From Candidatus Omnitrophota bacterium (GTDB lineage Bacteria; Omnitrophota; Gorgyraeia; JABMRN01; RBG-13-46-9): a DNA stretch of 64,000 bases. Position 1 is the first letter of the stretch. Each line of letters starts with the position of its first letter. Positions 25,950 to 34,118 of the stretch are shown here, in pieces. Under the pieces are notes generated by a model, which was not told where the DNA came from, ran no database searches, and saw only the letters and a list, made by a program, of their open reading frames with translations. Made by a program: the position numbers and the translations under genes. The stretch lies in contig JABMQJ010000001.1 of assembly GCA_013203315.1 (NCBI GenBank), positions 49,179 to 113,178 on the forward strand. Reading direction: 5' to 3'.

Positions 25950-26932
25950 ACTGTACCTGCTTCTATATCTATAATTTGTCTTACTTTTTTTGCGATTTCT
26001 GTTTTCTTTTCTATATTTTCTTTAATCACAGTATCCAAGTCTTCCAGGCCGAATAAATCTACGTTTTCGATTCTTTTTACCTCGGGATCAACGTCCCTTG
26101 GTAAGGCAAGATCTATTATTAATAGTTTCCCGTTTTGCTTCTCTTTGAAGGTTTCTTTCTTGATTATAAAATGCGGGCTGGCGGTAGCCGTTATAACGAT
26201 ATCCGCCTTACCCAGTGATTCTCTTAGGTTATCAAATCTTACCGCCTGCGCCCCGATCTGGGAAGCAAACTCTCGTGCCCTGGAAAAGGTCCTATTTGAT
26301 ACGAAAACTACAGAGGCCCTTTCTTTTTCCAGGTATTTCAAAACAAGTTCCGTAACCTTCCCTACCCCTATGATCAAAATTATTTTATTTTCCAGCCGGC
26401 CTATTTTTTTCTTTATAAAGTCTATGGCCACGCTTCCCACCGATACTTTCCCCTCGGATATCTTCGTCGTCGCATGCATGTCCTTGGCAAAGAAGAACGC
26501 AGAATTAAATACGCCGTCTAATAGCTTATCCGTAAAACCAATGCTTTGACTTTTTAAAAAGGAGGCCCTAACCTGGCCCAGCACTTGTGTTTCGCCGAGT
26601 ATAAGAGAATCAGTTCCACTCGCAACTGAGAACAAATGCTTTAACGCTCCCTCGTCCGCATACCTATATAGGTAAGGCGAGATACTTTCTTTATCGATTT
26701 GGTGATACCGTGAAATAAAGTCTTCCAATTCCCATAGCCCCTTATCTTTATTGTCTGTGCTTGCATAAATCTCTGTTCTATTACACGTCGAGATTATAAT
26801 AGCTCCGTTTAAACCGGTGTTTTCCTTTAAAAAAGAGATCTCATCCCTTACCCGCTTTTTGGAAAAAGCGATTCTTTCCCTGAACTCTACCGGACTATAT
26901 TTATGGTTTGTTCCTACTAATATGAGATTCAC
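25901..26932 (-). CDS. hemA: Glutamyl-tRNA reductase, short form
   Basis: STCNRTE, GETQVLGQ, DLALPRD; 343 aa. Confidence 0.9.
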   Translation of the reverse strand: MNLILVGTNHKYSPVEFRERIAFSKKRVRDEISFLKENTGLNGAIIISTCNRTEIYASTDNKDKGLWELEDFISRYHQIDKESISPYLYRYADEGALKHLFSVASGTDSLILGETQVLGQVRASFLKSQSIGFTDKLLDGVFNSAFFFAKDMHATTKISEGKVSVGSVAIDFIKKKIGRLENKIILIIGVGKVTELVLKYLEKERASVVFVSNRTFSRAREFASQIGAQAVRFDNLRESLGKADIVITATASPHFIIKKETFKEKQNGKLLIIDLALPRDVDPEVKRIENVDLFGLEDLDTVIKENIEKKTEIAKKVRQIIDIEAGTVWRKLTKSEPELVLSR

Positions 26933-27372
26933 TTTATTTCTATTTCCTCTTCGGTGATCTTGCCTTCTACGATCTTAAATGATCTTACGCTTGGACTTGC
27001 CTCATCCTTTATTGAAACTATCACGTATGACGAGTCAGGATAGTAGGCCAGCTTCACATCATGCGACGAAGGAAAGGCTTCTGTTTCTAAATGTGAGTGG
27101 TATATGCCAACCATTTCCAGGCCCAGGGTTCTTATCTCTTTGGTGACTTTAAGCTGTTCTTTAGGGTCCATTAAAAATGTCTGTCCGCTGTTGTCCGCAT
27201 TGGCCATAAGATATATCTTCGTTACTTTTGATATCCGCCGAAGCCTACCTGCTGCGAATTTCTCCTCTGGCGTAGGCGGACCGGCAAGTATACCGCAAGC
27301 CTCGCTGGGGGCCTCTTTCTTTGAATACTCCACTAAATCATCTATATGCTTCCGGCTTAAAGAAATCATCAC
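26929..27372 (-). CDS. JAMM/MPN+ (M67; Mec/HcyD-like) metalloprotease
   Basis: EACG..YHSH-x7-S-x2-D; carries an in-frame palindromic insertion. Confidence 0.9.
   Translation of the reverse strand: MMISLSRKHIDDLVEYSKKEAPSEACGILAGPPTPEEKFAAGRLRRISKVTKIYLMANADNSGQTFLMDPKEQLKVTKEIRTLGLEMVGIYHSHLETEAFPSSHDVKLAYYPDSSYVIVSIKDEASPSVRSFKIVEGKITEEEIEIK
27234..27280. repeat. REP-like palindrome inside the JAMM coding sequence
   Basis: Arms TCCGCCGAAGCC / GGCGTAGGCGGA, 10/12 complementary. Confidence 0.65.
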
Positions 27373-27380
27373 AGGGCTCC

Positions 27381-28346
27381 TTAAATCTTGTCAAGTACTG
27401 CTGTCAGTAAAAATGATATGATAAGCGCAATAATCGGTGTCACGATCCAGGTCATATATGTTTTTCTTGTTACAGGGTTAGTAAATGTTGTCTTATGTCC
27501 GTTTTTTAGACCTCCTACGGCAAACAGACAAGCCACTTTGATCATTACAAAGGACTGCGGCACACCTAAGAGAGAGGCCACTATCATAAGCGTTCCGGTA
27601 ACAAGGCATACAATCGTCGCCGATAAAACGCCTAACGGCACTATTTTTTCGCCCGCGGTCTTAAGCGAGCCATGGAATACAAGGCTTCCTAACCCAAAAA
27701 TAGGCGCGATTAAAATAAGTCCGAGCGTTGTACTTAAAATTCCGGCCCCGGAAAGCGGACCCACGACATTGGCTACATTATTCGCGCCCACTGAAAAGGC
27801 GTTATAGCAACTTGCAATTATCACGAATAGTTTCAACCTATCGGTGTGATTAACCAGTTTTTCATAGATCCAGAAATTATTATTTTTCGGCGGATATACG
27901 ACTTTTCCCAAAAGATATGTTAAGAAATAGCCTAAAACCGGCAAAAGTACCCAAAAAGGCACCAGGTATAATAAGGTTTTGGTGTATACACTCCTGTAAT
28001 ACAGACCCACACCTAATATAGATGCGACCGTAACCAGGCTCGTGGACTGTGGCACATGCAATCTATTCGCCACAAATAAACTGAGCGTCGCTGAAATCAA
28101 AATCACGAGGATAACGTTAATCCCCATAAGCTCATGCGGAATGATCTTATTGCCCAAAGTCTCTGAAACAGGCTTACCTATAAGAACAGCCCCTAGAAAG
28201 ACAAATATAGCAAAAAGAATCTGCGCCCGAGCTCTGGTGATAATTTTGCCACCGTGCGCGGCGGCAAAAGAAGCGCCAAAGTTGCTTCCGCCCATATTAA
28301 GAGCGAAAAGAATAGCCAGTATTGCTAAAACGATATAGTGTGCCAA
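27381..28346 (-). CDS. PiT-family anion permease (CysP-like sulfate permease)
   Basis: NMGGSN, PQSTS, GANNVAN signatures; located in a sulfur operon. Confidence 0.8.
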   Translation of the reverse strand: MAHYIVLAILAILFALNMGGSNFGASFAAAHGGKIITRARAQILFAIFVFLGAVLIGKPVSETLGNKIIPHELMGINVILVILISATLSLFVANRLHVPQSTSLVTVASILGVGLYYRSVYTKTLLYLVPFWVLLPVLGYFLTYLLGKVVYPPKNNNFWIYEKLVNHTDRLKLFVIIASCYNAFSVGANNVANVVGPLSGAGILSTTLGLILIAPIFGLGSLVFHGSLKTAGEKIVPLGVLSATIVCLVTGTLMIVASLLGVPQSFVMIKVACLFAVGGLKNGHKTTFTNPVTRKTYMTWIVTPIIALIISFLLTAVLDKI

Positions 28347-28367
28347 GTATTGCCTCTTCTAGATACC

Positions 28368-29090
28368 TTAGATGCCGTCGCCGCCAATATTTTTAAGGGG
28401 TCTGGTGTGAATACCGCATTCACCGCCGCATTTGCTCGTGCCGATCCAGCGGCCCGCGCGCTCATCGTCTTCAACTGTAATTTTTGTGCAGGGCGCGCAG
28501 CCCAATGAACGGTACCCTAACCCATAGAGAGGATTTACTTTTACTTCGTTAAGCGCCAGATACTCCCAGACCTCTCTTTCCTTCCAGATAAGAATCGGAT
28601 TTAATTTTACAAGGCCCTTGTCCCGCTCCTCTACCTCTTTAAAGTCTGTACGAGTTCTGCCTTCGGTGCAACGCAGGCCCGTAATCCAGCATGTTACCTT
28701 CATCTCTTCTACGGCTTTTCTTGTGGGCTCTACCTTTAATATATCGCAGCACTTATCAGGTTTAGTTTCGTAAAGCTTATCCGGTATTTCAACGTCATTT
28801 TTGTAAACCTTGAGCTCCGGGAACCTGGCAACTTCTTCATTCATAAATTTAATGGTTGCCTTTGGTTTATAGCGCGTAGTTACTATAAAGCCTCTTATCT
28901 TGGGGTTTACTTTTCTTGCAAGATCCCAAATAGCAACGGAATCTTTCCCCAGGCTATTGGCCACCACAAGCCCATCACCGTATTTCTTATACGCTTCTTC
29001 GATAAGCGCAAGCGACCTTTCAACTTTTTCTTTAAAATTCAGCGTGTCGACTAGTTTTTTTAGATCATCGTTGTTCTTCAATATGCTCAC
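28368..29090 (-). CDS. cysH: APS reductase (Fe-S type CysH)
   Basis: SLGKDS, CCDILKVEP, SLGCAPCT, ERAGRW, ECGIH. Confidence 0.9.
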   Translation of the reverse strand: MSILKNNDDLKKLVDTLNFKEKVERSLALIEEAYKKYGDGLVVANSLGKDSVAIWDLARKVNPKIRGFIVTTRYKPKATIKFMNEEVARFPELKVYKNDVEIPDKLYETKPDKCCDILKVEPTRKAVEEMKVTCWITGLRCTEGRTRTDFKEVEERDKGLVKLNPILIWKEREVWEYLALNEVKVNPLYGLGYRSLGCAPCTKITVEDDERAGRWIGTSKCGGECGIHTRPLKNIGGDGI

Positions 29091-29117
29091 TTTCTTTTCC
29101 TCCTTTACAATACATCG

Positions 29118-29540
29118 TTATATTTGGTAAGCAAATGCTCCCCTTTTTCCTTTGGACCTCTCCGCTATATCTTCAAAAGTGACTTTATCCAGTATTTTGG
29201 CTATAGCGCCATCGACCTCATCCCAAATCGCCGCAAATACAGATTCTCTTTTTGCAACTGATTTGGACGCAGTTAAAAGAGGGCCTCCTATCCGGCGCAT
29301 CACTTCGCCCAGCGTTATTTCATTCGGAGGCTTGGCCAGGTTATACCCGCCGTCCTTACCTCTTATGCTCGAGACCTGACCCATTCTTTTGAGTTGAATT
29401 AGAATTTGTACCAAGTATCTAATAGGTATACTCTGTCTATCGGATATAGTGTGAATTTGTAGCGGCGCATCCCCCGGCCAATGCAGTGATAGCTCCAAAA
29501 GCGCCTTACATGCATAGTCACATCTTGCTGAAATTCTCAT
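29118..29540 (-). CDS. Rrf2 family regulator (CymR-like, lacks the IscR 3-Cys motif)
   Basis: YLVQIL, RGKDGGY, ITLGEV. Confidence 0.9.
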   Translation of the reverse strand: MRISARCDYACKALLELSLHWPGDAPLQIHTISDRQSIPIRYLVQILIQLKRMGQVSSIRGKDGGYNLAKPPNEITLGEVMRRIGGPLLTASKSVAKRESVFAAIWDEVDGAIAKILDKVTFEDIAERSKGKRGAFAYQI

Positions 29541-29576
29541 ATTAACTCCCTACTTGCCGCCGGCAAGCTTTATTGC

Positions 29577-29612
29577 TATACTTTACTATGTTTATCAACA
29601 TAGTAAAGTATA
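29577..29612. promoter_or_regulatory. Perfect 16 bp inverted repeat, probable Rrf2 operator
   Basis: TATACTTTACTATGTT-N4-AACATAGTAAAGTATA overlapping the -10. Confidence 0.7.
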
Positions 29613-29635
29613 CACTAAAAGAGCCATACTGTCAA
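29607..29635 (-). promoter_or_regulatory. Sigma70 promoter of the sulfur operon
   Basis: TTGACA-N17-TATACT. Confidence 0.8.
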
Positions 29636-29680
29636 GAAAAACTTTATTTTTTTATAGGTGTGTTTAAAAGCCGGCTTGCG

Positions 29681-30247
29681 CTACTCGACCAGGTCTTTTC
29701 CAAGCTCAAATGCCTTATCCAGGTAATCGGGGTGTTTTAAGATGTCTTCCTTCCCCTCAATCCCCTGGCAGAAAAGCTCAAGCTTATAGGCCGCATCTAT
29801 GCTGACGAAGAAATTCTTCACTATGGATTTGGCGTTATCGAAAAAGTCCTGCCTTTTTGAGGCCTCTACGGAAATAAAGGCGCCTCGTTTGGTTTTTTCA
29901 CGGTGAGCTTCCTTATTTAATATGTATTTATATCTCCAATCGCACTGAAAGCGATCAATCATGATTTTGGTCTGCGCACTTAAAGATCCGAAAAATATGG
30001 GAGACGCTATAATAATGGCGTCGGCTTTTTTAATCTTCTCGTAAACCGGCTGAAAGTCGTCTTCCAGTATACATGTCCCGTCATCCCTTACATATTCGCA
30101 TTCCTGGCAGGCCATTATTCTAAAGGTATTCAAAATAACCTTCTCTACTTCAGCGCCTTTTGATTTTGCGCCTTCGAGGGCCTTATCGAGCAGGGTATCG
30201 GTATTTCCGTGTATTCTAGGGCTACCATTTATTCCCAATACGTACAT
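29681..30247 (-). CDS. Iron-sulfur flavoprotein / flavodoxin family protein
   Basis: GSPR..GNT, CQEC, ASPIFFG, KIMIDR. Confidence 0.85.
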   Translation of the reverse strand: MYVLGINGSPRIHGNTDTLLDKALEGAKSKGAEVEKVILNTFRIMACQECEYVRDDGTCILEDDFQPVYEKIKKADAIIIASPIFFGSLSAQTKIMIDRFQCDWRYKYILNKEAHREKTKRGAFISVEASKRQDFFDNAKSIVKNFFVSIDAAYKLELFCQGIEGKEDILKHPDYLDKAFELGKDLVE

Positions 30248-30271
30248 CTTTGTGTCCTCCGTTCGTTTTTT

Positions 30272-31261
30272 TTAAAGATACGTTCCGCTTTCTAAGTAAT
30301 TTACGTAATCTTTTACAGCTTTCTCTAAACTATGGAATTCGTGAAGATCGAAAAACTTATGTATTTTGTTCGCTTCTTTCAGCTTCTTAAGATCCGCTTC
30401 GGTGAAATACTGGTATTTATCTTTAAGGGTCTCCGGCATGTCAAAATATTCGATTTTGGGTTTCATGCCAAGGGCTGAAAAGATCGCGTTTGCCAGTTCG
30501 TTCCAGGTCCCGGCCTTACCGGTTCCTATATTGTAAAGGCCTCTTGCCTCGGGGTGCTCAACAAAATGATACACAAGCTCCACGGCGTCTTTTACGTAAA
30601 CAAAATCTCTTTTTTGTTCTCCGGCTTTATATTTTGGTTTATACGAATTAAAAAGGCGTATCATGCCTTTTGTTTTTATCTGTTTGTACCCTTTATTAAC
30701 CATGCTGCGCATGTCGCCCTTATGGCCTTCGTTTGGGCCGAAGACATTGAAAAATTTAAATCCTACGAATTCCTCCTCGAGGCCGTTTCTTAAAACCCAC
30801 AGATCAAAGGCGTGCTTGGAATAACCATAGACGTTTAGCGGCTTAAGCCTGGGGGTTACTTCATCGGTGTCGGAATAACCCTCTTCGCCTGCGCCGTAGG
30901 TTGCCGCGCTTGAGGCATATAAAAATCTTTTCTTAGTTTTAAGAGCCCAATCGGCAATTCTTCTTGAATAGACATAGTTATTCTCCATCATGTATGTTGC
31001 GTTTTGCTCGGTTGTGGAAGTGCATGCGCCCAGATGAATAACAATGTCTATATTCCGATTTAGCTTACCGCTTTCCAGGTAATCCAAAAATTTGTCCTTC
31101 TCAAAGTAGTTCTCAAAACGTTTTCCGGTTAAATTTTTCCACTTCTCGGAGGAACCCAGATGGTCAACTACCGTAATATCCGTAATCCCGGCGTTATTAA
31201 GCCTCCAAAGCATGCAGCTTCCGATAAAGCCCGCTCCGCCTGTAAGTAAAACTTTCATCAT
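30272..31261 (-). CDS. hldD: ADP-L-glycero-D-manno-heptose 6-epimerase
   Basis: TGGAGFIG, YASSAATYG, PLNVYGYSK, YQYFTEAD. Confidence 0.92.
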   Translation of the reverse strand: MMKVLLTGGAGFIGSCMLWRLNNAGITDITVVDHLGSSEKWKNLTGKRFENYFEKDKFLDYLESGKLNRNIDIVIHLGACTSTTEQNATYMMENNYVYSRRIADWALKTKKRFLYASSAATYGAGEEGYSDTDEVTPRLKPLNVYGYSKHAFDLWVLRNGLEEEFVGFKFFNVFGPNEGHKGDMRSMVNKGYKQIKTKGMIRLFNSYKPKYKAGEQKRDFVYVKDAVELVYHFVEHPEARGLYNIGTGKAGTWNELANAIFSALGMKPKIEYFDMPETLKDKYQYFTEADLKKLKEANKIHKFFDLHEFHSLEKAVKDYVNYLESGTYL

Positions 31262-31267
31262 TACCTC

Positions 31268-32416
31268 CTAGCTATCTATAATTTTTACAATCTTGTCGAT
31301 GTCAATGTGACGCTTTACCATGTTAACGATTATGCCAATCTTGGCCTTGTCTTCGGGTTTTATTTTTATTTTCATGGTGTGTATCTTGGCCGCGATCGAA
31401 TACGTATCATGGTCGGAAAGAAGAGTCGGTATTTTAGCTTTCTCAAGGAGCGCTAAAACTTTGGGAGGAGGAACTATGCCCCCTGATAAGACAAGGCCTG
31501 ATATTTTACAGGGCCTACGCAGCTTCCCGTTTTGGAGATCAATTATGGCCCGGATCATGTCCATTCTATCTGAGGGCGTTATGACCAATGAATTATTCAC
31601 CATGTAATTAAGCGCTTCCCCAACTTCCATGGCGCCGATTAATATTTTATCTACCACGTTTTCCAAATAATCTTTTCCGCAAAGGAGTTTTATTTTTACT
31701 TCCTCGAATATTTCTCTTATAGTAGGAAGGTCAAGCCTTTTCTGGTAAGGCATCACGCCTAAAACAGGGAGCTTTTTCTTGGCGAGCCCCATCCGCACGT
31801 ATTTACTTATTTTACTGAATTTATCAGATAACACCTTGTTGACTACTACGCCCGCAAGCTTGACGTCCTCTTTGTCAAAAAGTGCCCTGTTTAACATGAA
31901 TTCGTCTATGGGCCTCCCTATCCCGCCGGGGCCAAGAAGGATAACCTTCGAATTAAGAAGCTTGGCGACAGTAGCGTTGGAAAGATCAAAAACCGACCCT
32001 ACACCGGCGTGCCCAGTACCTTCGATTATTACAAGGTCCTTATCCTTGGCGACTCTATTGAAAGAATCGACTATATCTTTCGCGTAGTTACCCTTAGAAG
32101 TACCCTCGATATATCTTTCCGTGAAGCCTTTTTCAACCGCAACCGGTGATAAATCTTTTATGCTTAAGTTTTTCGATATGCCGAAAATTCTCTCTATAAG
32201 AACCGAGTCCTCATCAACCTTGAAGCCCTGTTCCATGAGATAGCGCTGGCCGATGGGTTTAATAAAACCTATGTTTTTATACTTTTTGAGAAGTGCTGCT
32301 ATCAGGCCGAGAGAGAAAGTGGTTTTTCCGGCATTTTGCCCGGTTGCTGATATAAAGATGCGTCGTGTCTTGCTTATTTTTTTAAACGTAATGCCCAAAG
32401 CTATTTTTTCTCCCAT
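31268..32416 (-). CDS. Pta N-terminal-like protein (BioD-like P-loop + DRTGG), no catalytic Pta domain
   Basis: NAGKT, FIKPIG, IEGTGH, IGAM..ITPSDR. Confidence 0.8.
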   Translation of the reverse strand: MGEKIALGITFKKISKTRRIFISATGQNAGKTTFSLGLIAALLKKYKNIGFIKPIGQRYLMEQGFKVDEDSVLIERIFGISKNLSIKDLSPVAVEKGFTERYIEGTSKGNYAKDIVDSFNRVAKDKDLVIIEGTGHAGVGSVFDLSNATVAKLLNSKVILLGPGGIGRPIDEFMLNRALFDKEDVKLAGVVVNKVLSDKFSKISKYVRMGLAKKKLPVLGVMPYQKRLDLPTIREIFEEVKIKLLCGKDYLENVVDKILIGAMEVGEALNYMVNNSLVITPSDRMDMIRAIIDLQNGKLRRPCKISGLVLSGGIVPPPKVLALLEKAKIPTLLSDHDTYSIAAKIHTMKIKIKPEDKAKIGIIVNMVKRHIDIDKIVKIIDS

Positions 32417-33693
32417 CTTAAGAGCTCAATCACTTTAGCGAGGGTAGAACCCTTGTCTATTTCATGCCTTAGCCTATTTTCCTGTTCTAAAATACTCATC
32501 GCGCGGTTTGCAATTTCGGTTACCTTTTCCTTAGGGATACGAACTACTCCGTCGTCATCGCCAAGTATCCAGTCACCATTACATACTCTCGTACCGCCGA
32601 TGTTTACAGGAACGCCTATTTCCCCGAAACCCTTGGGTTCACCTGCGGTGGGTGTTACAAGTTTAGAAAACACGGGAAACTTTAATTTGCGTATTTCCGC
32701 GGTATCGCGGGTTGCGCCGTCTATGACTACGCCCGCTATTTTGCGTTGGATCGCTCCGTGCGTAGCCAACTCTCCCCATACGGCCGGCCCTACACCGCCG
32801 GCGTCTATTACTATGACCTGGCCCTTTTCCGCTCTGTCAATTGCCTCGACGGTTTTCGCCCAGTCACCGGGATAGGTGCGCACCGTGAGCGCGGGACCTG
32901 CCATTTTTACCCCCTGCAGAACCGGATAGATTCCTTTTAAATCGCCTGACCTATGCATCGCGTCTGAAAGGTTAGAAGTTGACACAAGCTTCAGGGCTTT
33001 ACCGACATCTTCTGTCGAAACTCTTTTGAAAAGCTCGGTTTTTATTATTTTTCCCGTAGTGATTGCCTTTTTTATGCGTTTTGCAGCAAGAGTGGGATCT
33101 TTGGCTTTATTTATTGCTCCGCCGACTATTACGATTTTTGCTCCTGCCTTTACGGCGCGGGCAGCGGTTTCGGAATTTATTCCGCCTGCGCAAGCGACGG
33201 GAATATTTACTGCCTTAACGATCCTGCAAAGCCGCAGGAACGGATCCTTGCCACGCATCTGTTCGTCAATGGCAATATGCACTCCTATATAATCTACGCC
33301 TAACTTTTCCATGTCTTTTGCGCGTTTTTCTAATTTATTCTCACTAATTTCTATTAAATCGGCTTCAATTTTAACGCCGTAATTTCTTCCTGCTTCCACG
33401 CATTCGGTTATTGTGCTATCAGAGGCTGCTGCCAAAACACAAACTATGTTTGCGCCGGCTTTCGCGGCTGCTTCTGTTTCGATTCTTCCGACATCCATGA
33501 TTTTCATGTCGGCCACGATAGTTACCGTGGGAAATTTTTTCCTTAGCTCCCTTACGGCGTCCAGGCCCTCACTCTTTATAAGAGGCGTTCCTGCCTCAAG
33601 CCAATCAACCCCACCACGCACCGCCTCTTCGGCAACTTTTAGCGCGCGCTTAAGATTCAGAAAATCTAATGCTAACTGTAATTTTGGTTTCAT
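32401..33693 (-). CDS. hxlA: 3-hexulose-6-phosphate synthase fused to an RraA/MenG-like domain
   Basis: LQLALD, EAGTPLIK, ADMKIMD; C-terminal NLSDAM, AVWGEL, DGATRD, GDDDGV. Confidence 0.85.
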   Translation of the reverse strand: MKPKLQLALDFLNLKRALKVAEEAVRGGVDWLEAGTPLIKSEGLDAVRELRKKFPTVTIVADMKIMDVGRIETEAAAKAGANIVCVLAAASDSTITECVEAGRNYGVKIEADLIEISENKLEKRAKDMEKLGVDYIGVHIAIDEQMRGKDPFLRLCRIVKAVNIPVACAGGINSETAARAVKAGAKIVIVGGAINKAKDPTLAAKRIKKAITTGKIIKTELFKRVSTEDVGKALKLVSTSNLSDAMHRSGDLKGIYPVLQGVKMAGPALTVRTYPGDWAKTVEAIDRAEKGQVIVIDAGGVGPAVWGELATHGAIQRKIAGVVIDGATRDTAEIRKLKFPVFSKLVTPTAGEPKGFGEIGVPVNIGGTRVCNGDWILGDDDGVVRIPKEKVTEIANRAMSILEQENRLRHEIDKGSTLAKVIELLRWEKK

Positions 33694-34110
33694 CTATTCT
33701 CCAATAATTTGTAAAACTATATCCCGTGTTCTGGGACGGTTATCGAAATCTATAAAAATAATCTGCTGCCATGTTCCGAGGGTCAATTTTCCGGACGAAA
33801 AAGGAACCGTAATCGAAGGCCCTAAAAGCGAGGCCCTTACATGCGAAAAGCCGTTACCGTCGTGCCATCTTTCATTATGCGCATACTTTCCGTCGCGTGG
33901 CGCCAACTTTTCGAATGCCATTTTTAAATCGCTTACAAGCCCCGGTTCATATTCAACAGTGGTAAGCCCGCCCGTCGCGCCGGAAACAAATACAGTAACT
34001 GTGCCGTTTTTAAGTTTCGCGCCACCGACAGCATTCTCCACTTCGCTAGTTATATTAATTATGTCTGTCTCGCCCTTTGATTTTAATTTTATGTGCTTAG
34101 TTTTTACCAT
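33694..34110 (-). CDS. YjbQ/UPF0047 family protein (second paralogue)
   Basis: TTVEYEPG, DGNGFSH, LGTWQQI, DFDNRPR. Confidence 0.88.
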   Translation of the reverse strand: MVKTKHIKLKSKGETDIINITSEVENAVGGAKLKNGTVTVFVSGATGGLTTVEYEPGLVSDLKMAFEKLAPRDGKYAHNERWHDGNGFSHVRASLLGPSITVPFSSGKLTLGTWQQIIFIDFDNRPRTRDIVLQIIGE

Positions 34111-34118
34111 TTTTTAAA

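Noticed and set aside
13565-34110. Two yjbQ paralogues as a special system
   Set aside because: Divergent, common family; multiple copies are unremarkable
33413-34117. 234 aa plus-strand ORF and the many other plus-strand ORFs over 10-63 kb
   Set aside because: All overlap well-supported minus-strand genes; antisense artefacts
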